A stretch of DNA of 64,000 bases from Rebecca billardiae RCC1528 (lineage: Eukaryota; Protista; Haptophyta), in assembly GCA_965240325.2 (NCBI GenBank), contig OZ251226.1, positions 806,001 to 870,000 of the forward strand, written 5' to 3'. The first letter of the stretch is position 1, and each line of letters starts with the position of its first letter. The notes under the pieces were generated by a model, which saw only the letters and a list, made by a program, of their open reading frames with translations, had not been told where the DNA came from and did not search any database. The translations under genes were made by a program, and so were the position numbers. Below are positions 11,541-21,984 of the stretch, one piece after another.

Positions 11541-12833
11541 ATGGGTCTCTGGGCGTCTCGCCCTGCGGGGCCGCAGGCGGTGCTTCTGCACGACGACCGG
11601 CTGGTTGGCAGCGAGAAGTACCTCGGAGGCGTGCTTGGAGACGACGGGAACGTGTACGCCATTCCGGGCCACGCGCGACAGGTGCTCAAGATCGTGCCGG
11701 CGTCGGGCACGCTCGAGCTCATCGGGCCCGAGATCGTGGGCAAGTTCAAGTGGCTGCGCGGCGTGCGCTGCGGTGGCGTTGTGTACGGTGTCCCGTGCCA
11801 CGCCGAGCGCGTCCTCAAGATCGTGCCCGCGACGGGCGAGGTGACCCTCATTGGCCCGGCATTCGAGGGCGAGTGGAAGTGGCATGGCGCGGTCGTGGCC
11901 GATGACGGCAACGTCTATGCCATCCCGCAGACCGCCGAGCGCGTGCTCAAGATATGCCCGCGGACGGAGGAGGTCACGCTCGTCGGACCCAGCTTTCCCG
12001 GGCGCAACAAGTGGTACGGCGGCCTCAAGTCCGCCAGCGGCGCCATCTTTGGCATCCCCGCGAACGCGACCGGTGTGCTCAAGATTGTGCCAGCGTGTGC
12101 GGTGCATGGGGTGGACGGTGGGTCCGACGCGGAGGACGAGGTGAGCGTCGTCGGCGACTTCCCAGAGGGCGGGTACAAGTGGCACGGCGGCGTCGTCGCC
12201 CCGAACGACACGATCTGGGGCGTGCCCGCGCACTCGGACACAGTGCTCCGCATTCGGCCGAGCGCTGCGGGCGCGCGCGGCGAGGACGACATCTCGTGCG
12301 TCGAGGGCCCGGTGTACACGGGGCGCCATCGGTCGGACGGCAAGTACAAGTACCTCGGGGCGGTAGTCGGTGGCGACGGGAACGTCTACTGCATCCCTTC
12401 CGACGCGGACCACGTGCTGCGAATCGACACGTGCACGGGCGAGCTGCACGCCATCGGCGAGTCGCTCGAGAATGAGAAGTTTGTGCAGAACAAGTGGCAG
12501 AACGGCTTTCTTGGGCGCGACGGCGCCATCTACGGGATCCCGCTCAAGGCGGAGACGATCCTGCGCGTCGTGCCCGCGACGGGGGAGGTGCGGACCATCC
12601 AGCCGTGCGGGCCGCTCCGCGGCTTCAACAAGTGGGAGGGCGGTGTGCAGGCGGGAGACGATCTGTACTGCATGCCGCTCAAGTGCCGCGCGGTGCTCGT
12701 CATCAAGCCGGGGCCCGAGCTGCCCGTGTCGCAGGCCCCCGACTTGCCCAAGGTCGGCCACACGCCGCGGAGGCGGATGGGCTCGGGCTCGTTCGATCAA
12801 CAGCTGGACCCGGGGTCATCTGGAAATCCCTGA
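11541..12833 (+). CDS. Uncharacterised 8-repeat probable beta-propeller protein
   Basis: Eight repeats of K[WY]xGxVxxxxGx[VI]YxIPxxAxxVL[KR]IxP, strong coding codon bias, intronless. Confidence 0.8.
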   Translation: MGLWASRPAGPQAVLLHDDRLVGSEKYLGGVLGDDGNVYAIPGHARQVLKIVPASGTLELIGPEIVGKFKWLRGVRCGGVVYGVPCHAERVLKIVPATGEVTLIGPAFEGEWKWHGAVVADDGNVYAIPQTAERVLKICPRTEEVTLVGPSFPGRNKWYGGLKSASGAIFGIPANATGVLKIVPACAVHGVDGGSDAEDEVSVVGDFPEGGYKWHGGVVAPNDTIWGVPAHSDTVLRIRPSAAGARGEDDISCVEGPVYTGRHRSDGKYKYLGAVVGGDGNVYCIPSDADHVLRIDTCTGELHAIGESLENEKFVQNKWQNGFLGRDGAIYGIPLKAETILRVVPATGEVRTIQPCGPLRGFNKWEGGVQAGDDLYCMPLKCRAVLVIKPGPELPVSQAPDLPKVGHTPRRRMGSGSFDQQLDPGSSGNP

Positions 12834-13209
12834 TGGCCCTGAGCAATAGGCCGCAGATCAAAGTTACGGGCATTAAACAGTGACGGCGCGGGGCCCGCGG
12901 GGCTGCCGCGCGGGCCCGGACACGAGACAAGGCTGCCCGGAGCTCATTATCGGCTGCTGCTACTACTTCTTATAGACGAGTTATTTATAGATCGATGACT
13001 GTGCATGCGCGCAGATCTAATTATTAATTATTCGGATGTCCGACGCGAGATTGAGAATGCTGACGTCGACGAGCAGATCGAGTCGTAGTATACTAAGATC
13101 CGTCGTGAAATAATCGCGCGCGCGATCATCGCGCCGGATGCCGCGGCGGATGGACTACTGCTACTAGTAGTGCTGTCATCGAGTTATTACAAGACAGATC
13201 CGCGACTCG

Positions 13210-13218
13210 TCTCTCTCT

Positions 13219-13253
<35 letters not shown>

Positions 13254-13254
13254 G

Positions 13255-13309
<55 letters not shown>
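13210..13309. repeat. Interrupted (CT)n microsatellite
   Basis: Visible directly in the sequence. Confidence 0.95.
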
Positions 13310-13311
<2 letters not shown>

Positions 13312-13951
13312 CTCTACTCTCCGTCGGGCTCGCTCTCTACTTATATCATATATATATATATAGCCTTATTATAATATAATACTTGCTATATGATGATAGT
13401 GATGAAGTGATTTTTCAGATGATGATATGATTGACGAATTCGTCGTAGCACTAGCAGTATATGATGACTCGCAACTGCTAGCTTCTGCTGCACGTACTGT
13501 ATTCCGCCCGCCATTCCGGACCCGGTGGCCGGTCGCGTCTCAGTGGGCCATCCATCCGGGATCACGTACTTCATCATCGTAGTAAACTTTTCGCGCCCCT
13601 CCTCCTCGACCTCGTCGTCGTCGTCATGATCAATCACGTACTCATGTCATGAGACATGACACGTCAACGCCCCGAACTCGTCGCTGCTGCTTATGCTCAT
13701 GATGCCACTGCTGCTCGCAGATCCAACCTGCGCCGCCGGCGTGGACGTCGCACGCGCCCCGCTGATGGTCATGGCGAGCAAAGGACCCCCCGACGTGTGC
13801 TCGTCGCCCACGCGCTGTGGCCGTCGTTCCCGCGAGGATGATGCCCGTCAGTCAGTGAAGGGCATCGGTCCTGTGCGCGAGCACCACGGGCACGACGAGC
13901 CTCGACCCAAATAAATCATCCGCCTGGAGCTGCGTCGCGCTGACGTGCGGC

Positions 13952-15941
13952 TCAGTGCGCGCAGGTGGCGGCCGTCGCCAGCGAGAGCAACGGGTTCCTG
14001 CGTAGCGGCGGATGGACAGCACAGCACAGCATCCGGGATGGGCGCGGTGCGTGTGAGTGAGGCGTGGGGCGAGGGCGCACCGCCGAGCGGCGCCGCCGCG
14101 TCGCGCGCGCACCAGTCGGCAGCGCTCTGCGCCGCCGCCGCCTCGTGCACGGCCGCAGCGACCGTCGCCGCGACGTTGGCCGGCTGCGAGCGCGATGCGT
14201 GCCCGGCGGAGAAGGCGGCCGCGTGCGCCGAGCCATGCAGCTCGGGCGACGGCGAGGCCGACGCGGAGGGCGGGTCACTCGTCATCGCGCCGTCACGCGC
14301 GTCCTGCCGCGCGCCGCCGCCTGTGCCGCCTGTGCCGCCTGTGCCGCCTGTGCCGCCTGTGCCGCCTGTGCCGCCTGTGCCGCCTGTGCCGCATGTGCCG
14401 CCTGTGCCGCCTGTGCCGCCTGTGGCCTGTACGCCGAGCTGGTGGTCCGCGGGCGAAGGCGGCGCGGCCGCGTCGGCTCCGCCGTCGTGACGCCCGCGTC
14501 CCATCGGGCGCTCCGCGGCGGTGGGTATCTGCAGCGCGCGCCGCAGCCCGCGCATGGCCTCCTGCGTGTCCCACTGCTGCGGCGCCGGCTGCTGTGGAGG
14601 CGGCTCGGCGCGCGCGCGCGTCAGTGCCGACACGACCGGGGCATCCACTGCGCCCGGCGCGTCGGCACTGACGCGCGGCCGGATGGGCGAGGGCGCGCCG
14701 AGCTCGGCGACGCTCGAGGCTGGCTCTGGCGGCGTCGCGCGCTTCCGCCCCCGGCCCTGCCCGCCGCGCCGGCGTGCCTTGGGCTGCGGCACCGCCCCCG
14801 AGGCGAGAACCATTGCCTGCGCGTGCGCTGCAGAGGGCGGGAGAGGCTCGGTGTGCGGGGAGGCCATGGCAGCCGACGGGCCGGGCGCGGCCGCGCCGTC
14901 CGTAGCGCCGCCAGACGCGCTGCCCGACGCTGCCTCCGCCACGCGCACCTCACCATGGCCCGCGCCAGCGGCACTGCCCTCCGTCTCGAGCGCGGCCGCG
15001 GTGGCGCGCGGCCGCTCCGAAGAGGGCACGAGGGCAGAGAGCTTCTCGGCGGCCTGGTTGAGCGTGGGCGTGTTGTACCCGGGGGTCACGACGTCCGCGA
15101 GGCCGGGGATGGACACCATCGACGGCGGCCGCGCGGCCGCGCGCCGCTGCGCCGCGCTCTGTGCCGCGCCGGCAGGTGCGACTCCGGGTGCGGCTGCGTC
15201 CGCTGCGCCCTCCGAATCAGCCGCGCCGCACGGCTTCGTGATGGCGCGCGCGAGCTTGGGGCCACCGACTTGCGCTGCGCGGCGCGGGCGTGGGCGGGAG
15301 GATGGAGCAGCCGATTCGCGCGGGCGTGGTCAGCGGCACGTGCGCCGCGCCACCTGGCTGGCAGCTTGCGCGCAGCATGGCACGCGCGACGCGCGGCGCG
15401 CGCACGGCCGTCTGAGCGCATCGTTGCGCGCGACGCACCGCTCTTGCGCATCGAGCGCTCCGTCCGGCGCTGCGACGCGTTCCAGTGGTTCTTCACCGCG
15501 TTCTCCGTCCGCCCCGGCAGCAGCTTGGCGATCGTCGCCCACTTCTTGTCGTACCGCTCGATGGCGCACAGCAGCGTGGCCTCCTCCTCCTCAGTCCACG
15601 GCTCCTTCGAGATGTCGTCCGCGAGGTGGTTGGTCCAGCGCTCGCGGCACTGCTTGCCGATGCGGCCACCGAGCTCACTGGCGATCAGAGCCCATCTCTT
15701 CATGCCATGCACGCGCACAAGCTCCCGGAGTCGGTTGTCCTCCTGCGGGCGGGGCGGAAGGCCGAACGCGTGAATCGCACGCATGCGTGCCCCGCGGTAC
15801 GGGGGGCGGCGCAGCCGGGGGCTCGCGCGCGGGCTGGCACGGCGCGAGATTGCACGGGCCAACACCCACCTCCTCCGTCCACTCGCGCCGCTTGCTCGTC
15901 GGCTGCGACTCCGCCGCGACGCCCGGCTCCGTCGATGCCAT
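13952..15941 (-). CDS. R2R3-type MYB transcription factor. Exons 15941-15870, 15742-15439, 15274-14113 and probably 13997-13952
   Basis: Spliced WTEE|EDNRLRELVRVHGMKRWALIASELGGRIGKQCRERWTNHL...PWTEEEE...KWATIAKLLPGRTENAVKNHWN. Phase-compatible GT-AG introns link it to the low-complexity ORF with an NLS-like GRKR. The last exon (WNPLLSLATAATCAH*) is less certain. Confidence 0.85.
14316..14424. repeat. 9-bp coding tandem repeat (GCCGCCTGT)~12, encoding Gly-Gly-Thr repeats in the MYB protein
   Basis: Visible directly; one variant unit (GCCGCATGT). Confidence 0.95.
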
Positions 15942-16288
15942 GCTCGGCCGCTTGGCGCCTACCCAGCTGACGCGGCCCGCAGCGCTCGCGCTCACGCCCA
16001 GCCGGGTGCACCCTGAAACCCTTCGCGATGAAACGGACGGCCACGCGCGGACAGGCCAAACCTAAACTTGATCGTGTAACCGTCTCGATCGCCGCGGGCC
16101 AAGCTCGCTCGGGCTCGGCGGAAAACAAATCCGGACGGGGGGTGGCTTGGAAAATGGAAAGGGAAAAAGCAGAATGATGATGGCCAAATCAATAACTTTT
16201 CCGATGAGTAATTGACAGGAGCTCCAAATACGCGTGGCTTGATTACCGCGACGGCAGCCCTCGCCGAAGCGATCGTCGTCTCGTCGAG

Positions 16289-17654
16289 ATGCACGCCGCT
16301 GGCATGCTCGCCGCACTGGCCGTGGCGCTCTTCGCCGCGCCGGCAGACGCCGTGCGCGGCGCGGCGTGGAGCCACCTGAGCCGCTCAAAGCTGCTGCAAA
16401 TGCGCGGCGGCTCGACGGTGGACATGGTGATCGTGGGGTGCGGCGTGCCGAAGCGTGGCATGGGCTGGTACCACAGCACGCAGCTCTTGAAAGGCGAGAT
16501 CGCCGACGGCCGGCTGTCGGCCGTGGTCGAGCCGTACTTCCTTGGCCCGGGGAAGGACACGCCGCCCGGCCAGCAGTTCGCCACGTACAAGGCGGAGGTC
16601 GAGAGCAGCGGCGCGGGCGTGAAGTTCTTCTCCGAGCTGGGCGAGTGGGCGCCCGAGAGCAAGCACACGTGTGCGCTGATCGCGGGGCGCACGGCGGACA
16701 ACCCGCGGATCTTCAAGGAGCTCGTGGACAAGGGCTGCACGCACATCTACCTCGAGAAGCCCGGCGCGCCCACCGTCGGCGAGCTCGCCGAGATGATGGC
16801 GTACGCGCAGCAGAAGGGTGTGAAGGTGTACGTGGGCTACAACAAGAACGTCACCAAGTACGTGCGGCTCGCGCGCGAGGTGGAGGCGAAGACGGCCGGC
16901 GCGGAGACCACGTTCATCCACAACAACGCGTACACGGAGGAGGAGCTCCCCGAGTGCTTCGAGCGCAACGCCGAGGGCATCCTCAAGAACATGGCCATCC
17001 ACGAGCTCGCGCTGCTCGTCACGTACTACGACGTCAAGGTGGACACGGTCGAGAAGGTCGTGCCCGACATGGAGTACTCGCGCCGGCTCACGCTGAACGG
17101 GCCGTCGAGCGGCAAGCCCTTCACCGACTTCTCGCGCGTCGGCTTCACCGTCACCACCAAGGCCGGCAAGACGGTCACCGTCAAGGCTGACCGGTGCGCG
17201 CTCGCTCCGCGCGCGCGCGCGTGTGCGCGCGCACGTGCCGGTGCCCACCCCCACGACGCGTGTGGCGCGCACGGCGCGCACGCGCCGCCCGCCGACGCGC
17301 GCCTCCTCCGCGCCGCTCGCGCGCGCGCGCGTGTCTCGCAGCTGCGGCGACCCGGGCGGCTCCGGCGGCAGCATCGCCACCGTCTCGGTGGACGGCGTGG
17401 AGAAGTTCCGCTCGGTCACGCCCGACGACGAGCTCAAGGGCGTGATGGCCAAGGGGCAGGCGGATGACCCGGACATGATGCCGTACTTCTTCCTGCAGGA
17501 CGAGGACTACAAGATCCTCAAGGACCGCGTGTGCTCGCACATCGCCTCCGACGCCGACGGCACGCCCGAGGGCATCGCCACCATCGAGATCGCCCTCGAG
17601 GCGCTCAAGCTGGCCGAGTACCTCAACGAGTTCTTCGACAAGGCCTTTGCCTGA
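16289..17654 (+). CDS. Gfo/Idh/MocA-family NAD(P)-dependent oxidoreductase with signal peptide (possibly a bipartite plastid presequence). Intron 17194-17341
   Basis: Rossmann-like VIVGCG, family motif HIYLEKP, NMAIHEL. Hydrophobic N-terminus followed by an R/S-rich LQMRGG segment. The splice gives KADR|CGDPGG. Confidence 0.85.
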
Positions 17655-18249
17655 GCGCCCTCGCGCGTGCGGGAGCCCTCAGCTGACTGAACACGTGACG
17701 CACGGGGGAATGGGGGAGCGCGCGAGGCACCGCGCGGATGCGGTGACGAGAGCCGGGGCTGAGGGTGCGCAGGGCGGTTCCCAGTCCGATGGTCGCCGAA
17801 GGACCTTACGGTAAGGGGGGGCGCTCGGGTCTTCGACTCTCCGTCTCGAAAGCCTGTGCCTGTGCCTGTGGAGTGTGGACATCTGAATCTGCTGACACTC
17901 ACCATGCCAGGCAGCCGAGTGGTGATCGGTTCGCCCGCCTAAGTCGCAGGACCGTGCCGCGCGCGCGCAGGGCCTGTGACAGCCCGAGCTGAGATGTCCT
18001 TTCGTTGCCTGATGGCCTGATGCTGAGAGATCTGAGTGCTGCGGCCGAGTCAGAGTGAGTGACCGGTCACTGGACAGTCATGATGCTGCGAATAAAAAAG
18101 AGGAAGCCCGATCAAAAAGCCCGACCCGAGAAAGTGAGCCCGCTCGAGAGGCCAACGGCCGCTCTCGATCTCGCGAAGCGGAAGCTGAGCCGCCGCCGCC
18201 ACGGCATCGCCGCCGGAAAGCAGCGCATCCACGCCATCCTCCGCGCGGC

Positions 18250-21200
18250 ATGAGCAACTCGGACGACGGCACGGGCTCGGCGCCGACGCCCACCGGCGGG
18301 GACGAGGAGGCCGTTGCGTCTCCAACAGACGTGACTCCTGAGGTCGATCCGCCCAAGGCGCAGCGCACCCCCAGCGAGAAGCGCAGACGGCGCGCGCGCA
18401 CAGGCGCGATCGTCATCTGCATCCTTCTCATCATCATCCTCCTCTTCCTCCTCCTGACGGTGGGGTACAACACGGTCTTCATGAACGGGGGCTCCGACGG
18501 CAATGATGTCACCGAGGTCACAGCCAACAGGAATGCGCGCCCCGGCGGAACTGGGGCCAGCGCATCGGCCATTGGCGACGACGATGACGATGACGACGCC
18601 GAGGATGGCGAGGACACAGGCGGCGACGGCAGCGACGGCAACGGCGACGACGACGGCGCATCGGGCGATGACGATGACGATGGCAACGGTGACATTGGCG
18701 ACGACGACGACACAGACCCGCCGGACGAGTCTCCCTCACCCTCGCCGCCGCCCGCGCGTTCGCAGCCGCCACCGGCTGTGCCAGCGCCAGGCCTGCCCTC
18801 GCCAACCAGCCCGTCCAGCCCCAGCCCGGGCGCTCCCTCGCCGTCCCCGAGCAGTCCTACTCCCATGCTCCCCTGGCTCCCGCCGCTCAGCCCCGGCTCG
18901 CCGAGCCCGTCGCCCCACCCGCCGCACCCGCCCCCAAGCCCGCCGCAGTCTGACAGCGGCGGCGGCGGCGGCTTCTGGCCCGGCTGGCCAAGCTGGCCCG
19001 ACTGGCCCGACTGGCCGGACGGCCCGGACTGGCCCGGCTTCCCCGAGCTGCCCGAGGACTTCATCCCGGACGTGCCTGAGGGCGTGCCCGTGCCGCCAAA
19101 CCTCACCGTGAGCGCCGTGCAGGACGCGCTCTGGGGCAGCTGGCTCGGCCTCTGGCTCCAGCGCAACCGCACCGCCTTCCCGGCCGACGGCTCGCTGCTC
19201 CGCGAGCCCTTCCGCAGGTGCACGCTCGCGCCCGCCGCGGACTCGCCCGACGCGCGCGCGGCGGCGATGCTGGCCCTGCTGCGCGACGCGCCGACGAGCG
19301 CGGCCGCGTACGACGAGGGCCTCTCGCCGATCTGGGCGGACCTCGTCCGGCTACAGCTCGGCATCGCGCCCGTCGCGCCAACGGCGGGCGCGGGCGCGGG
19401 CGCGGCGGGCGCAGATGAGCACAGCCACCTGCCGCTCGCCGAGGCGTGGCGAATCGCGGACCGGATGCTTGGGCGCTCGTCTCAGGCCATCGACGGCCTG
19501 GTCGCAGCAAGCCGACTACTCCTCGGCTACGCCGACTCCCCGCACGTGCCCACCGAGCTCGTGCGCCGGCTGCGCGCGGGCGCCCTCGCCTTCTCCTTCT
19601 GGCTAGATGAGTTTGGCCCGGGGGGCTCACTCACGCCCGCGCCCGGCGCGCCGGAGTGCGCAGGGCCGGACGGGCAGGACGCGCGGGCGCAGCTGCTCTC
19701 GTACGGGGACCTGGGGCAGCTCGACTACTGGGGCGACGCGCAGGCGCTCACGCTGCACACGGCGCAGCACCTGCTCGGCGCCGCGCTGCCGGACGCGCCC
19801 TTTGGGGCCGCGTGTCGCACGGGCGAGCAGCAGCGCGAGCTGGGCGCGCAGCGCGTGCGCGCGTGGCTCGCGCGCCGGCTGTCGCCCTCCGTGGGGCTCT
19901 CAGCGTGGGACGACGAGCTGGCCACAGGCCGCGTCGTCGGCGCGCTCGCCGCGCTCTCCGACCACAGCCCCGACGCCGAGCTCGCCCTGCGCGCGCGCAT
20001 GGCGCTGGACGTGCTGCTGCATGAGGCGAGCGTAAGCTCGGTGCGCGGCGTGCTGCCCGCGGCGCGCGGCGCGCGCTCGGCGGGGCTGGGCGGGTACGCG
20101 CACTCGTCCAACCTGCTGTGGCTGCTCAACGGCGAGGGCACGTGCATGCCGGGCGAGCCCGCCTCCGCCTCGCTCGGCCTCGCCATGCTGCGCTCGACGT
20201 ACGACATCCCGCGCGTTCTCCCCGCCTCCCTTCGCGCGCTCGAGCCAGCCGACGGCTCGGCCGCGCGCACCACGACGGTGCGCGGGCGGTGGTCCGTGGA
20301 CCCCGACGTGGCCGGCGCGGCGGAGGTGGGTCTGGGCGTCGGCGCGGACGCGAGCGTGCCCGACTGCGAGTTCTGGATGAGCATCGGCGGCGCGAGCGCG
20401 CCCGCCGCGGTCGAGTGTCCGTTCACGCTCGCGCGCGCGTACGGCTGGGAGCGAGGCCCGCTGATGAGATTCAAGTTCCTCGAGCCGCTCGCCGGGATCG
20501 AGCTGCCGGGCGCGCCCTCGCTGGGCGAGGGCTGGCTACCCGTCGGCTCGGTCGCGCGCCGCGCGCGCCGGCGCGCGCAGGCCGACGCCGACGGCGCCGC
20601 CGAGGCGCAGCCGAGCACGCTGCTCGGCGGCGCAGCGCGGCTCGTCGCGCCCCTCTCCCGCGGGTTTGTGCGCGGCGCTGCGCACGCGTATGCGCACCGG
20701 CTCGACGGCGTGGTGCTCACCTCGCTGACGGACTACAACAAGGGCGCGCTCGGCGTGAGCGGGCGCAACCCGTGGTCCGCCATCCTCGAGCCCGAGAGCG
20801 GCGCCATCGTCTTCACCTCGCAGCCCGCGCGCCCCGCGTTCCAGGCGAGCGCGCACGACTGGTGGAGCGTGCAGGCGTCGATGCCGCGCGTCGCGCAGTT
20901 CGAGAACGTGGCGATCTCGATCTACAACCCGCCGGTGGAGGTGTCGGCGCTGCTCCCGCTCGCCGAGGGCACCGTCCCGCCGCAGCTCACGCACGCGTAC
21001 TTCAACCGCTCTGCCTTCGACCAGTACCAGCTGGTCGTGGGCCGCGACGGCGTCACGACGTGGCACTGCGCGCGCAAGGGCGACGCTTACGTCGCGCTGC
21101 ACTCGCAGAACCCGGCGGCGTTCGCGGAGAGCGGGCCGTACGCGGGGGTCGACCTGCTCGCGGACGGGTACCGCAACGTGTGGATCGCCGACGTGGGCAA

Positions 21201-21804
21201 CGCCGCAACCGACACCAACTTCGCCAAGTTTGTGCAGCGCATCTACAAGGGCTGGGTGGACGTGGACATCCTGCCGCCCGGCCCAGACCGCGACGGCGGG
21301 CTGCCGTGGTGCCTGTGGCAGAACGAGTGCATCCAGGGGTTCCCCGACCAGGTGGACTACTGGCGCCTCGTCAAGTGCGTGCAGTGGATCCCCTTCGTCA
21401 ACAGCAACCCGGTGTGCGGGCACACGCTCGACACGTGGGGCTTTGTCGGTTGCTTCCTCAGCTGCGAGCTGCCCGACTGGCGGCTGTGCATCGCCATGTG
21501 CGCGATCAAGGCGGTCGACTGGTCGATTCCGAGCGCGACCTTTGGCAGCGTCGAGGTGCTCTACCGCCCGTACATGCGCCGCGCTATCCAGTGGGGCTGG
21601 GACGCGGAGCTGCGCGTCGGGCGGCGGCCAAATGCGGTGCGGCGCGAGATCGAGCCGCAGCGCTTCGACCGCTTCGACAACCGCTTCGCCAGCGTGCCAG
21701 CCGGGCACGAGGTGGAGCAGATGGACGTGCGCGTCGACGGCCGCAGCGTCTTCCTCGACTTTCGAGACCCGCCGCAGCGCAACGTGGTCGATGATCCGCC
21801 ATGA
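18250..21804 (+). CDS. Large type II membrane protein: TM, acidic and Pro/Ser stalk, WPD repeats, then a globular region resembling an uncharacterised bacterial family
   Basis: Long intronless ORF with coding bias. TM AIVICILLIIILLFLLLTVGY after KRRRR. Motifs MPRVAQFENVAISIYNP, THAYF, RKGDAYVALHS, GYRNVWIADVG. The first in-frame ATG is at 18250. Confidence 0.8.
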   Translation: MSNSDDGTGSAPTPTGGDEEAVASPTDVTPEVDPPKAQRTPSEKRRRRARTGAIVICILLIIILLFLLLTVGYNTVFMNGGSDGNDVTEVTANRNARPGGTGASASAIGDDDDDDDAEDGEDTGGDGSDGNGDDDGASGDDDDDGNGDIGDDDDTDPPDESPSPSPPPARSQPPPAVPAPGLPSPTSPSSPSPGAPSPSPSSPTPMLPWLPPLSPGSPSPSPHPPHPPPSPPQSDSGGGGGFWPGWPSWPDWPDWPDGPDWPGFPELPEDFIPDVPEGVPVPPNLTVSAVQDALWGSWLGLWLQRNRTAFPADGSLLREPFRRCTLAPAADSPDARAAAMLALLRDAPTSAAAYDEGLSPIWADLVRLQLGIAPVAPTAGAGAGAAGADEHSHLPLAEAWRIADRMLGRSSQAIDGLVAASRLLLGYADSPHVPTELVRRLRAGALAFSFWLDEFGPGGSLTPAPGAPECAGPDGQDARAQLLSYGDLGQLDYWGDAQALTLHTAQHLLGAALPDAPFGAACRTGEQQRELGAQRVRAWLARRLSPSVGLSAWDDELATGRVVGALAALSDHSPDAELALRARMALDVLLHEASVSSVRGVLPAARGARSAGLGGYAHSSNLLWLLNGEGTCMPGEPASASLGLAMLRSTYDIPRVLPASLRALEPADGSAARTTTVRGRWSVDPDVAGAAEVGLGVGADASVPDCEFWMSIGGASAPAAVECPFTLARAYGWERGPLMRFKFLEPLAGIELPGAPSLGEGWLPVGSVARRARRRAQADADGAAEAQPSTLLGGAARLVAPLSRGFVRGAAHAYAHRLDGVVLTSLTDYNKGALGVSGRNPWSAILEPESGAIVFTSQPARPAFQASAHDWWSVQASMPRVAQFENVAISIYNPPVEVSALLPLAEGTVPPQLTHAYFNRSAFDQYQLVVGRDGVTTWHCARKGDAYVALHSQNPAAFAESGPYAGVDLLADGYRNVWIADVGNAATDTNFAKFVQRIYKGWVDVDILPPGPDRDGGLPWCLWQNECIQGFPDQVDYWRLVKCVQWIPFVNSNPVCGHTLDTWGFVGCFLSCELPDWRLCIAMCAIKAVDWSIPSATFGSVEVLYRPYMRRAIQWGWDAELRVGRRPNAVRREIEPQRFDRFDNRFASVPAGHEVEQMDVRVDGRSVFLDFRDPPQRNVVDDPP

Positions 21805-21984
21805 TCATTGACGACCGTCATGATCATTGACCGCGTACCATAGCTCTCCATGTGGAAGACTGGCGGAAGGTTGAGGGAAGCGCCATCATCAAAGCGGACT
21901 CAAAGCGTGAGTAATAGTGGGCGGACGCACGGCACGCCGCCGCCCGTCGCCGTGGTGGCCGCCCTTCGTGTCGTGCTTCGAGCC

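Noticed and set aside
13170-13379. ORFs with SLSL/ERER/poly-S/I tracts (also 60883-61371)
   Set aside because: Translations of (CT)n and (GAT)n microsatellites.
13386-13914. Short coding-looking fragments (DDDDEVEEEGREKF...; MLMMPLLLADP...)
   Set aside because: No recognisable family or splice-consistent model; may be decayed fragments.
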